64,000 bases of DNA from Octopus vulgaris (taxonomy: Eukaryota). The notes below the pieces were generated by a model. The model worked only from the letters and a program-made list of their open reading frames with translations. It searched no databases and had not been told where the DNA came from. The position numbers and the translations under genes were made by a program. This document shows, piece by piece, positions 28,561-41,784 of this stretch (the first letter of the stretch is position 1; each line of letters opens with the position of its first letter). The stretch covers positions 73,470,001 to 73,534,000 of the forward strand of contig OX597833.1 in NCBI GenBank assembly GCA_951406725.2, in the 5' to 3' direction.

Positions 28561-29039
28561 TTGCTCCATGCTGTATGTATGTATGTATGTATGTATGTAT
28601 GTATGTATGTATGTATGTATGTATGTATGTATGCATGTATGTATGTATGTATGTATGTATGTATGTATGTATGCATGTATGTATGTATGTATGTATGTTG
28701 TATGTATGTATGTTTGTATGTTTGTATGTATATATGTATGTTGTATGTATGCCTTTTTCATGTCAGCTCCAGACTCCACAATAATGACATTGGTTAACGT
28801 TTTTTTAATTTCCAAAACAGACTGAGTAGCATAGGGCAGTTTATCTACCTGGCCAGCTCCTGTGAACTGTCCTACTCATGCATGGAAGGTGTATATTAAC
28901 CGATGATGATGATGCAAGAGATTTTTAACTGATTTTAACTGTCTTTTTTTGTGTTAATTTCAAATTTGTAATCAGTTTTATCCACCATGATCTAATTTTC
29001 TTGCTATTTGAAGATTAACTTTTTATAAATTCATAATTA

Positions 29040-30100
29040 TATTCGACTTACTGAGATACATATATCCTACCTATGAAGAATTGACAACAGTGGTTTTTTT
29101 CAGATCTGATCATGACTTCTTCAAGTAGACACAGATGTGTGTGAATAATCCTGATGGCTTCTGCTATGTCTGTGTAGCTCTTTCATTCTTTTTCCTCAAA
29201 CGTGCAATATCACATCGTCTGTGAGACGGGATTATTAAGGTTATTTTGTAATTCCTCTTGGCCACCAAGACAAAAAATTGTTCCTTCATGTTGTGAGGAA
29301 ATGCTTCGTGACTGGACAAAAGGAAAACAAAAGGGCCAACCATTTGGAGCTCCTATAGTTTGGCAACAGCCCAGGGACCACACAGGTCACTGTTATTTCT
29401 GTATGGTCAACACAAAAGGCATTGGAAAGAAAAAAAACATATAAAATACCTTATCCCAATACTCCTTCAGCAATTATGCACTCTGAGACACTCCTGATTC
29501 CAGTTTTCTTTGGATTTACCTCTTCCAAACAAGAGTATGAAGAATTTCAAGACACTTCTTATGGTAGTGAAAAACCAACTCCTCAACCATTTGGCTAACA
29601 ATACTATGATCTAGTGGGTGATTAGGGACTTTCCAAGACAGCAGCTGAAGTTCTAGCATCCAGGCTCCAAGTAAAATATCTACTTGACCAAACTGCAAAA
29701 GTTTCTTATTTACTGGAACATTAAATGAGTAAGTCTACAAATGCAAGAGTTCCAAGTGCAAATTCTTGTCTGAATAAGATCTATAATTTTCCATTCACAG
29801 CCTAACTCTTATTGTGGTGTACTAACTTGTATATATGAATAAAGTTAGAATCTCAATGCATAGATATTTGGGCCTTTTTTCCACCTAGTTTGAAGATAAC
29901 ATAACTAGAAAATTATCGGATGGATTACAGCATATCTCAGGAAATGCTTGAAATTTGGAAAATATGTAAAAAAAATAAAACCTTAATTGCAAAACATCTA
30001 GAGCTTACAGAGAAAAACTTCATATTTGAATTCAGCAAATTAGATAATACCAGTTGTTGGTATCTGTGCAACAAAAATTTGTTTGGTCAGTGTAATCATG
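29040..30100 (+). mobile_element. Decayed DNA-transposon remnant (Cys-rich transposase N-terminus)
   Basis: CVNNPDGFCYVC...FGAPIVWQQPRDHTGHCYFCMVNT..YPN resembles a common invertebrate transposon protein; superfamily not determined. Confidence 0.5.
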
Positions 30101-30781
30101 TAAGATCTAAAAGAAGGGTTCTCAACCATTTTTTATCTATGGGCCCCCTTTAACTACCATTTTATTCTAGAGGATACCCCATTCGATGTTTAAAAACTAG
30201 TTTTATAGAAACTTCTTTCAAAATTCCTATTCTGTTTTTCACATTAATTCATGTCGGCTGAACTGTGTAAAATGTTAGAGAAAGAAACCTCGCTGTTCTC
30301 TGCAAAACAAAAAAATACTGCAAAATTGGTTGAGAATCACTGATCTAACGAAACAGGAGTTACCTCCCTTTACCCATTAAATTTCAGTCTTTCCAATAAG
30401 TTTCCTACAAAACATTCAAAGATGTTCGTTCATCTTCAACGTAAAATATGTCAGTTTGTTCTTCAGTAAAACTGACTTAATTTCACTGTATTTGAAATTT
30501 TATTTCATAACCTGCATATTCTTTCCCTCTCTCTCTCTCTCTCACTCTCTCTCTCACACACACACAAACACAGCTAATTTGGAAGGATTTAGATTAAAAT
30601 AGTATTTAATATTGCATTTTACAGCAGGTTAGACATAACTTGTATCTCCCACAACACAAAAAATATATATAGATAAAGAAGTTTAAAAATATCAGCCTGC
30701 TTCTTATAAGAGAAATTGCAGTTTCTCATAAAGAAATGTATTGCTCAACCAAAAACAATTTTGCTTTGTATTGAGTTGTAT

Positions 30782-31090
30782 GAGGTGCAATGACCCAGTA
30801 GTTAGGGCAGCGGACTCACGGTCGGAGGATCATGGTTTCGATTCCTAGACCGGGCGTTGTGTGTGTTTATTGAGCGAAAACACCTAAAGCTCCACAAGGC
30901 TCCGGCAGGGGGGGGGGGCCGACTCCAGTTGTACTCTTTCACCCCAACTTTCTCTCACTCTCTCTTCCTGTTTCTTGGGTAACGCTGCAATGGACTGGCA
31001 TCTCGTCCAGCTGGGGGGAACACATACACCATAGAAACCAGGAAACTGGGCTCATGAGCCTGGCTAGGCTTGAAACAGGTGCATAAATAA
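30782..31090 (+). mobile_element. tRNA-derived SINE
   Basis: Homologous to 288-449, with A/B-box-like GGTTTCGATTCC and an A-rich end. Confidence 0.75.
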
Positions 31091-32999
31091 AATGAAATTG
31101 AGTTGTATAGGGAACATGGGTGTAGTTCCATCTGTATTTCATGAACTGCCAAACATCTCTATGCAGACTACAGCATTATTGTCCTGATGGCTTGCAAAAA
31201 AAATATCGCCATTTTTTCAATATTCAAATGACAAAAAATAATTCCATGAAAATCTAAATTTTTAAATATAATGTAATTATTCATATTCTCGTAAAAGAAT
31301 GGTTGAATGAAACAAATCATCATCAGCAGCAGCAGCAGCATTCCCCTCCTATTCCTCTTCCTTCTCCTCCTCCTCCTCCTTTGCATCATCATCATCATTT
31401 TAGCTTTCACTTTTCCATGCATGTGTCAGGACGGTGGCTACTGGAGCAGATTTTCAAAGACCAGATGCTTTTGAAACAAAGAATCTTTCCCTATGGCCAA
31501 ACATATTTCCCAAGAAAATGGGAAATGAATGACACTGCTTGGATGACAGCAACACTTATTTACGGCAACCGTGCAATGTCGAAACAAAGAGACACCCCCC
31601 CCCACACACACACACACATACACACACAGATGTATACATATTTACATCTTTTTATTTATTTCAGTCATTAGACTGTGGCCATGCTGGGGCAGCAGTGCCT
31701 TGAAGAATTTTCGTCAAGTGAATCGACCTTAATGCTTATTTATTTTACTTTTTTTAAGCGTGGTACTTATTCTAGCAGACTCTTTTACTGAACTGTTAAG
31801 TTACTGGGATGTAAACACGCCAACACCGGTTGTCAAGAGGGAGACAAACAAAGATACAAACACCCAGCTTATCAGATACTGATGAGAAGGAAACCGAAAC
31901 ACAGGGACAAATTGCAAGAAAGTGCATTCAATGATTCATGCAACTTCTGCAACAAAAAGGAAAAAATTCTGTTGTCGACCGAACAAACAAGAAAGAAGAG
32001 GACAGAAAAATGGTGATGGAAAAAGAACACACAAAAACTTCCATGTTATAGAATCAAGGAACAAGGCTCATACTGACTCAAAAGAAGAGAACTGTGATCC
32101 CTACTACTGCATACAAATTTCAAGCATGTGAAACGAAGCGTTTGCGACATTGGATGTCATATGTCCACAGAAAGAAACGGTATATAGCGGTCACCAGTTT
32201 TTATAGCAGATGTTTTTTGCTTGGTTGGCTGTTAGTGTTATGCTACTTTTATGTTTCCTATTTGGAAATGGATAAACATATTTTACTTTTGAAGCAGGGA
32301 TATATATACTGATAAACCCGTCACTTATAACTTGCTTATAAGTGTTATCATTATACATAAATCCTGACTCCAGCTACATAAACGCCATAGTGAGAAATAT
32401 ATACTCTGAAACACTAACGGACATTTTATGCATGCATGTATGTTGAATATAAATAATTTCATCTTCTTTTAAGCGCTATAAAAAAAATACAGTTTCATAA
32501 TTACAGAAATACATTTCGTTAATAAGTTGAAGAACATGAAGAAAGAGAAAGTAATTACTACATTATTTTATTTATGTACATTTAGCATTTTTAACATTTA
32601 TAATACAATTTGAAGTAAAGTAATTTGTCATAGAGAATTACGACTTAAAATTTATGCTAACTAATTCTTCATACTAACTATAAAGATCTCAACAATTCAA
32701 ACAAGTCTTGTTGGATTTTTCATAGACATGGCATAAAAAAATAACCAATGTCTCAAAGGAGTGAGTGTCATGGAGTTTAGTTACATCCCACAAACACTGA
32801 AGTTTTTACAAAATCCAGGGTTTTTATTACTACTCAACTTGACTTTAAAGAATTGAAATCACATAAGAATATTCTTTAACTGATTTTCAGAATTCCTATC
32901 TGAGCAGTTATTTCAACCAATGGGAAAATGACAATCATATTTCTCCGGCAATATGACATTACGTCATATTGCCAGCTGCCATGAATTGGTGCTACTACA

Positions 33000-33540
33000 G
33001 GTACAACAATAAAATGAAAGACTGATACGGGAGCAGCAGGCAACACATTGCCAATGTGTGCATATCACCAGATGTACAAATCAACTCCAACTGCAGACAT
33101 GCTTAAACCAGAGAAAAACATTCGTCTGGCGGCAGACAATGGCCAAGAAATCAAATGCTTGGGACCAATCCACTTTCAGCTTTGCTCAAATGGCAGTAAA
33201 TTCCATGATGCCAAATTCTATGTGGTAGACGTGGATGGACCCCCAATTATCGGATTGCCAACAGGTGAGGCAATAAAACTGGATTCAGCTCTTGATATCA
33301 CAACAATCAAAGGCCTGAAAGAAACATACCCAAATCTTTTTGACAGCCTGGGCAACTTCAAAGGACCCACACAACTGTACATAAAAGCAAGATCAGAACC
33401 CTTCATTGACCCACCTTGGAAATGCTCAGTTCACTTGGAAAAGAAGCTCAATATTGAACTCTGGAAGATGGAAGAAATGGGGGGTCATCAAGCCAGTGGT
33501 GTTCAAGCATGGAATATTCTGTAAAAAAAGATGGATCTAT
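33000..33540 (+). mobile_element. Gypsy-like pol fragment (aspartic protease to start of RT)
   Basis: KTDTGAAGNTLP (DTG motif), FYVVDVDGPPIIGL and YPNLFDSLGNFKG. Confidence 0.7.
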
Positions 33541-34074
33541 TTCCCATGTAATTCAGTGTCAAAAGAAGTGGCATAGGAGTACTAAAGTGTGGCAAGTAGA
33601 CTTTGTTGCTGTAATCATAAATAACCTGGCCATAATAATAATATTCTGAACATCTGGTTTTCCTGTTTCTAGTCCAGCGGCACTGGCAACAACCTTGCTC
33701 AGATGTTTTTTTACACGTGCCACCAGCACAAGTACCAGTAAGGTGATGCAGGTAACGACCACACTCGAATGATGCTTTTTACATGCCACTGGCACAGAAG
33801 CCAGTTTTTTGCTCTGGCAATGATCATGCTCGGATGGTACTCTTAGCGCTCCATTTGCACAGATGCCAGTCATTGAATTTGATTTCAATTTCACTTGCCT
33901 CATCAGGTCTTTGAAAGCAGAGTTTAGTGTCCAATGAAGGAAAGGTATGCATAAGTGGGCTGGTTACACCCCTGGCATAGGCCACGAGGTTATGGTTTCA
34001 CTTGGCTTGCCGAGTCTTCTCAAGCACAGCATATTTCCAAAGGTCATGGTCACTAGTTATTGCCTCAGAGAGGA

Positions 34075-34622
34075 TCATTGCCTTAGTGAGGGTCATTGCC
34101 TCGGTGAGGGTCATTGCCTCGGTGAGGGTCATTGCCTCGGTGAGCTCATTGCCTTGGTGAGGGTCATTGCCTCGGTGAGGGTCATTGCCTCGGTGAGCTC
34201 ATTGCCTCGGTGAGGGTCATTGCCTCGGTGAGGGTCATTGCCTCGGTGAGGGTCATTACCTCGGTGAGGGTCATTACCTCAGTAAGGGTCATTGCTTCGG
34301 TGAGGGTCATTGCTTCGGTGAGGGTCATTACCTCGGTAAGGGTCATTGCCTCGGTGAGGGTCATTGCCTCGGTGAGGGTCATTGCTTCGGTGAGGGTCAT
34401 TGCTTCGGTGAGGGTCATTACCTCGGTAAGGGTCATTGCCTCCGTGAGGGTCATTACCTCGGTGAGGGTCATTACCTCAGTAAGGGTCATTGCTTCGGTG
34501 AGGGTCATTGCTTCGGTGAGGGTCATTGCCTCGGTGAGGGTCATTGCCTCGGTGAGGGTCATTGCTTCGGTGAGGGTCATTGCCTCGGTGAGGGTCATTG
34601 CCTCGGTGAGGGTCATTGCCTC
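34075..34622 (+). repeat. 18-bp minisatellite (TCATTGCCTCGGTGAGGG), ~30 copies, at the end of an interspersed repeat (33560-34075)
   Basis: Direct inspection; it explains the spurious VRVIAS / EAMTLT ORFs. Confidence 0.95.
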
Positions 34623-35582
34623 GCAGCTAAGCAAATGAGCTTCTCTGAATGCATTGAAGGCATCGTAGCATAATCTGAAGACTATTTCAGAAGTTATCTC
34701 TCATTCTCTTTGAGCAAAAAAAGACGAATTTAGATGGGGCAAAATGAGTAAGACAAGACAAGGTAAATTTGCCTCTTCAATTCTCCAGAATAATATTTGG
34801 GAAAAAAACTCATAAAACATCAATATCTTGGTCAAATGAAAGGGAATCATGGGGAAATAGCAAAAAATGAAATTAACGAAACTTGACTAAACCAAAACTC
34901 TCAACATAAAACATTCTCTATGGCTTCTTCACGACCTGCTGGAGGGGCTTTCTGCAGAATTCTGGTCTAAGCACCCCTGACCACCCAAAATTATCTCGAT
35001 ATTTTATTAGCAACCTCAATTACGACTGGGTCAAAGTTGAGATAAAATTTCTTTAAAGTATCGGTTACCTGACAGTTTCAATCTGTCTCAACTGTAACTG
35101 CAACAATGGTGGCCAATGTTTGCTGCCAAAGAAGATGCAAGAATACAGAATGGTGATGCAATACTCGCAAATGTAATGTTTTCAAACAATTCATGAGAAA
35201 ATAATGAGAAATTGGTAGTAACTCATTTTGTCCTACTTCCTTGTAGCTATTTCAAGTATTTGACAAAAGGATGAAAAATAGGGGAAAGATTAAAAGAAAA
35301 CATGTGAGCATAAAAGCAATAATTCTAAAGCTGAAGAAAAAATGCTTTTAGCTGTTGAGAGATGTAATATTATTATTGAAACCAAATACAAAATTTAAAT
35401 TTTGGAACATATTACTTACTTGCTCTTTCATAAATTAAGACATTTTTCAATGTCTCATTGAAATAATGAAGTTTACAGTGGCAATGTGTGTGTGTCTTTA
35501 ATGGCCAGTGGTCAATGTGCTCTAAAGACGATAAATAACTTCTTTCTATCAATCTCTTTATCTATCCTTATATACATCCATA

Positions 35583-35647
<65 letters not shown>

Positions 35648-37619
35648 TTTTTTGGGGGTGTTTTAACTACAATTAAATTCAATGGGAATTGTGGCTGCTT
35701 TGGGAATGGGTAACAAAGGGTTTTTTAATTCAATGAATTGATGTCACTAATGGAGTTAAAACTAGTTATTTATAAAAAAAAAAAGGGTCCATTACATTTT
35801 TAAGGATATGTTTGTTTATTCAAAGAGAGCCTCCACATGCAAAACTGTCAAGAAGTGGGACCTTCCTGTATTAAGTGTTACATACCCTTCATAGCAGGAG
35901 GGTCCTATATCTAGTGAATGCCTGGGGCAATTGCCTTCTTCAACCACCTATAAATCAGGTCCTATGTATGATAGAAGTCAACTCGTTAACTGTGTAAGAC
36001 TTTTCTCCACTGCAGTAAACACTAAGAGCAGAGTATTTACAAATGGGCAGTAAACTAATTAAACCTAACAACACTCCTCGGCTCTAATCTCATAACAGTG
36101 TTGTAAGCTTTTTGGGGGTTTTTTTGTAATCTTATACAACAGCACTGGAAATTATGTATTTTTAGCAAAACAAAAGTGGTTGTAGCGAGACACAAAGAAG
36201 CCAGTGCCATTTTGAAACAACGAGATCTCACCTGCAACCATTGCCATACACAAGACAAAAATGAGATCTCACCTGCAACCATTGCCATACACAAGACAAA
36301 AATGAGATCTCACCTGCAACCATTGCCATACACAAGACAAAAATGAGATCTCACCTGCAACCATTGCCATACACAAGACAAAAATGAGATCTCACCTGCA
36401 ACCATTATTTAAGGAAAAGACAACAACATTTTCCTTCTCATACTTCTCATGCTGACACTACCAAGACTTCGAAGCCAGGACTTTTGTCTTGCCGTGATAC
36501 CACATGCATTGTCTCTAGAGGCAACTGAACCTCACGTGTATGGGAGAGAAGGCTAACTATGCACTGCTGTGAAGATGGTTATTGAAAGCAAACCCTTTGT
36601 ACGAAGCACCTGTGAATAAACGGTTATTGAATTTACTCCGCCTGAGAACTTCATTCTTTGTATCTCCAGTTCTTTGAATCAACAGAATAATTATGATAGA
36701 CGATCCCCCAAAAGTATCATAAAACCCTTCCTTCCATTATAAAATGGTGACCACAGTCTAAAAGGATTTTCAGCAGCCAAAAGCTTCTATTGTTGTCAAA
36801 ATGACTCATCCGAACGAAGAATTTAGTTTCTAAATGCAACAACAAGAGGCCATATTTCAAGCAAGCTGGCCATCAACTTCGCAGCCCAGGTTTGAACACA
36901 AAAGTTTTGCCATCGTTACAATTCCTAGAAGAATGAGTTTCACATGTGAATGACTTCACACCTTATCTTCCAGTTGTTGAATGTTGTAGATATTCCCACT
37001 AACCAGTCGCTTCTCTGTGCTGCACCTTGTGTCTTTCTATGTTCATGTGTTCGCTCTGCCTCAAAACAAAAAAGCTGTACATACTTCTACACATGAATGA
37101 ACGGAAGAGAAGAACCACAAATTCGTCTCCGGCTCATTTTCCCCCAAGGTACCATGCTCTGTAGACAAAGTAAATAAATGATGCCATGTTGAGAAATGGT
37201 GAAAACTGCTAGGAACAAGCGGTTAACTTGTAATGACAAGATTGTTTCCTGCTGGTTCATTTTCGCCATTTTTCCTGTTGAAGCCTACAGCCATCGTATC
37301 CGTCTAATGTCATGTTCCGACGCCTCACATGTTGTCAAAGACAGAAAACCACCAATTCACCCGCCAATTTCTGATGCCATCTTGACAGAAAAAAAAAACA
37401 GAACAAATATTTTTTTTTCAACAGACTTTAACACAGATTCAGCAACTAAAAAAAAAAAGAAAATTTTTTCCCTTTCTGCACACAGTACAAAAAAATCTGC
37501 ACATGTTTATTATTCCAACAACATGTTTGTCTGTTCTTTGGTCCTTTTCTCTGTGAGAGTTTTGTACATTCCCATATTTTTACCTTTTTCCTTTCATTCC
37601 TCTGTAAAAGATGATTCTT

Positions 37620-40600
37620 CCCAGCTTGCCCACATACTCTGGTGATGTCACACTTTGGTTTGCTCAACTGGATGCATATTTTTCCACTCATGATGTGCCT
37701 CACCAACAGCAACTAAACATTTTGTACTGTAGAATGCCTTCACCTCTTGCACACTCAGTGAAAGATCTCATTACTGACCCACATCCGGACGTGACTTATG
37801 CATCCGTCAAATTCGAGGTTCTCTGTTGAAACACACAATCCATGGAGAGTAAATTCTGGACACTGATGCAGGATGAACACCTGGGAGGAAGGACACCATC
37901 TGAGTTTCTTTGTTGCTTGCGAGAACTCAGCGACACTCCACTTGACGACAATTCTCTGCTAAGGAAATTGTTTTTCTCTTGTCTACCGCCGAACGTCCAA
38001 TCGATACTGGCCACAACAGTCAACTCCAATTCACTCGATCAGATAGTCACCATGGCGGACAAGATCATAGAATTTACTATGCATCCTGCACTTCACCTGT
38101 TCGGACCCTGTAGTAGCTCCCTCTACTACTATAGAGTCTCCTGCCTTGTCAGATGATGACATTTTGGAGAGAGTCGATGCATTAACACCTCACATGGACA
38201 CACTGTGGCGAGAACACACCAGCTCTCATAGTCCTCACAGCAGAAGCCGTTCTAAGACATGGTCATCTAGTTCTACTCCAACCATTTCCAATCTCTGCTG
38301 GTACCATGCCAGATTTAAGGACAAAGCCCTTCCATGTATCCAGCCCTGTTCGTTCATGCTGTCGGGAAAATAATTGCGGAAGATTTGGGCACATCAATTT
38401 CTTCCTGCAATTTTTTATCTCATCATGCATTCTTTGTCAAGGATCGTGTGTCTAACGAATCGTTCATGATTGAACCTGAATCCAGCTGTTCTATTTGTCC
38501 TTTGCACCTTACTTCAGACAAGCCGAAGAAATCTGCCATTAACCTGCACACAGTGAATCTATCCCCGATAAAAACTTACAGTCAAGTCTAATTAAACCTA
38601 AATCTCAACAATTCGAAGGAATTTTAGGTGGGTTTTTGTTATGGCATTCTGGGTGCAGACTTCTTAAACCTCTTTCACTTGTTAGCAGATGTCAGGTGAC
38701 AGAGATTTGTGGACGAGTCTACATCTTTGTTTACACCTGCCCTGGTTACTACTAATGCTGTTTTCAGCCATCATTTTTAGCTGGAGATCAGTTCCACTGC
38801 CTTTTGGTTTCTTTCCGACTTTCAAATCAGTCAAAGTCACACACTTGCCTCGCCATTATATTACTACTTCTGGAATACCCATTTTTTCGCATCCACAGCA
38901 ACTCGCCTTTGATCGGCTCAAAAAGGTTTAATCTGAGTTTGAGCATATGCTTCAACTTGGCCTTATTCACCTCTCCATCAGCCCTAGGGCATCTTCTCTT
39001 CATTTGGCCTGGAAAGGGGATTCAGATTTTCGTCCGGTGAGGGATTACAGATGTTTGAATGCGATCACTGTACCTGATTGCTATCTGCTAAAAGATCTCC
39101 AGGATTTTTCTCCAAACTTGCCTGGTTGTACTACTTTTCCCAAGGTTGACCTCATCTGGGCTTATCATTAAATTCCGATAAACCATGACAACATTCCAAA
39201 AACTGTCATTACTACCCCTTTGGAAGTTTCAAGTTCCTGTTTATGAGCTTGGGTTTGCGGAATGCAACAAGTACCTTCCAGAAGTTTATTGATGAAGTTG
39301 TCCATAGACTTGACTGTGTGTTCACTTATGTGGATGATTTGCTCATAGCTAGCGACACGTGTGAAAATCACCTCCAACATTTATCTCAGCATTTTCAGCG
39401 TCTTTGCACCTACAATGTGCGAATCAACCCTGGATAAGTGTGTTTTCAGACAGGCCTCTCTGAAATTCCTAGGTCCTTATATCGACTCTAATGCTATTCG
39501 ACCTCTCGCCTCCAAAGTCGATGCAATTCAATGCATCTCTCATCCCACTTCTTTACACCAACTGTGTCATTTCTTGGGGATCGTCAACTCCTTCAGGAGA
39601 TTCATACCTAAATGTGCAGACAAGTTACTTCCCTTGACTCAACTATTGATAGCAAATAAAAAAGATTCTCCTATCACTTTATCTGCCGAGTCATTATCTT
39701 CTTTTGAGTCAGTCAAGGAGGAAATAGCTTCTGTTCCTTTGCTTGCACATCTGGTTCACGGTGCTCATCTTTCTTTAACAGTTGATGCATCGGATTCTGC
39801 GGTCGGTGCCGTTTTACAACTGACCGTCGATAATCAAACTCAACCTTTGTCATTCTCTTCTCATCAATTAAAGCCAGCTGAGCGTCATTACGGTATGTTT
39901 AATTATGAACTCTAAGCGATCTACCTGTCGGTTCGTCATTTTCAACATCAACTCGAGGGCCGAGATTTTGGTATTTATACTGATCACAAGCCTCTTACAT
40001 TTGCTCTGTCATTTAAATCGGACAGACACTCGCCTTATGCTTTTCGTCATCTGGACTACATTTCCCAGTTCACGAGTGACATTCGGCACATACCTGGAAC
40101 TGAGAACGTACCTGCTAACGCACTCTCTCGTCTTCCTGTGTGTTCTCTTTCATCTCTTGCTGCAATCGATTTAACTTCCATTGTGCAGGATCAGCCAGCT
40201 CTGGACACATTGGATCTAACTTCCACCAAGTTGTCCTGTTGCAAGTTTGCCTATCTTCCACTTCCGTCTGCTGAAGGCACAATCCTCTGTGACAAAGCTA
40301 CTGGTTCTCCCAGGCCGTTTGTACCTGCAAACCACCAGCGTTCTGTTTTTGATGCCTTGCATTCACTGTCACATCTTGGCATCGCTGCCTCGATGAAGCT
40401 TATTATGGCTCGGTTTTTCTGGCCTAATATGCACCGGATGATCACCGCTTGGGCACACTCTTGTGTGAAATGCCAACGTTCTAAAATCCACGGGCACATT
40501 TGCTCTCCCCTTGGACAGTTTTCTCCGCCGGAGACTTGCTTTCACGAAGTCCACATTGATCTGGTTGGACCATGGCCTGTTAGTCACGGTTTCTCTTACA

Positions 40601-41300
40601 TATTTACATTTATCGATCGTTTCTCTCATTGGCCTGAAGCCATTCCAATAGTGAACATTTCCACTGAGTCAGTTGCTCGTGCTTTCGTTTCTAATTGGAT
40701 TGCTCATTTTGGTGTTCCAGCTAAGATAACCACTGACCATGGATGCCAGTTTAAAGCTTCCTTATTTCGTGAATTACCACGAATCCTAGGTGTTCGTCAC
40801 ATTCGCACGACCAGCTACCATCCAGCTTCCAGCAGGACTGTCAAACGTTTTCACAGGCAACTGAAGGCCGCTCTACATTCCACTCCTGATCCGCAGTCTT
40901 GAACAGAATTCCTGTCTATCGTTCTTTTTTTGCACTGCTGTTTAGTTTTCTCCTCTGTCGAACTCCTTTACAGTGCCACCTTGGCACTTCCTGGTACAAT
41001 GTTAGCACCAATCAATTCATCGCATCCTGATCCAAAGTAGTATGTCTCCAGACTTCGCTTGTATTTCTCAAGTCTTTCACCAATGTGTCCGCATGACCAA
41101 TCTATTCCCTCTCACGTCCCACTGGACATTGACAAGTGGACTCATGTTTTTGTTCGGGATGATTCTGTCAGAGGACTGCTTGTTTCTCCCTATAAAGGAC
41201 CGTTTCATGTGCTATTGCGCACACCCAAAACTTTGAGTCTCGACATCAATAGTCGGGCAGAGACCGTGTCAGTCGACAGCCTTAGAAAGGCATATCTGAC
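37620..41300 (+). pseudogene. gag-pol of the Gypsy element, many stops and frameshifts
   Basis: Fragmented ORFs 37611-41388 carry gag/RT/RH/IN motifs in Gypsy domain order. Confidence 0.9.
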
Positions 41301-41784
41301 GTTTCAACACCCTTCGATGACACTCTGGCTACACCCACTTATGGTCCTTTACAACCACCTACACACCCATCTGCATATGCACGTTTGACCACACCATCAA
41401 CATCTCCAGAACCTAACACTAACAAACCCTGTCACCAGGGCAGGCCATACTGTGCATTGGCCAAAAAAACTTAAGAAAACTATTTATATCTGACAATCTC
41501 TTTGTTTCCTGTGACAGACAATTGCTTTCTTGAGTTACTGAACAATTGTAATACTCTGCCATTGAAGATTTTGTCAAATTTTGTGCATGCCAATTAATAT
41601 TTCTAGCAATTATTTTTCTTTTTGACTAGGTCACATTTTTGTACCACATCTTGTTTGCAATCGGTTACCATCTTTGCTATTTTCTTGTGCCTGCTCCAGT
41701 TATTCTCTATTTTCACACTGGCGTTCCCAGGAGAGAGTCCCTGTACTGAGGCACGAAGAAGACAGCACCATTTTGAAACGACAC

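Noticed and set aside
31875-31915. CTGATGAGAAGGAAACCGAAAC as a hammerhead
   Set aside because: Helix II is at most 2 bp, and there is no UH site or helix I complement.
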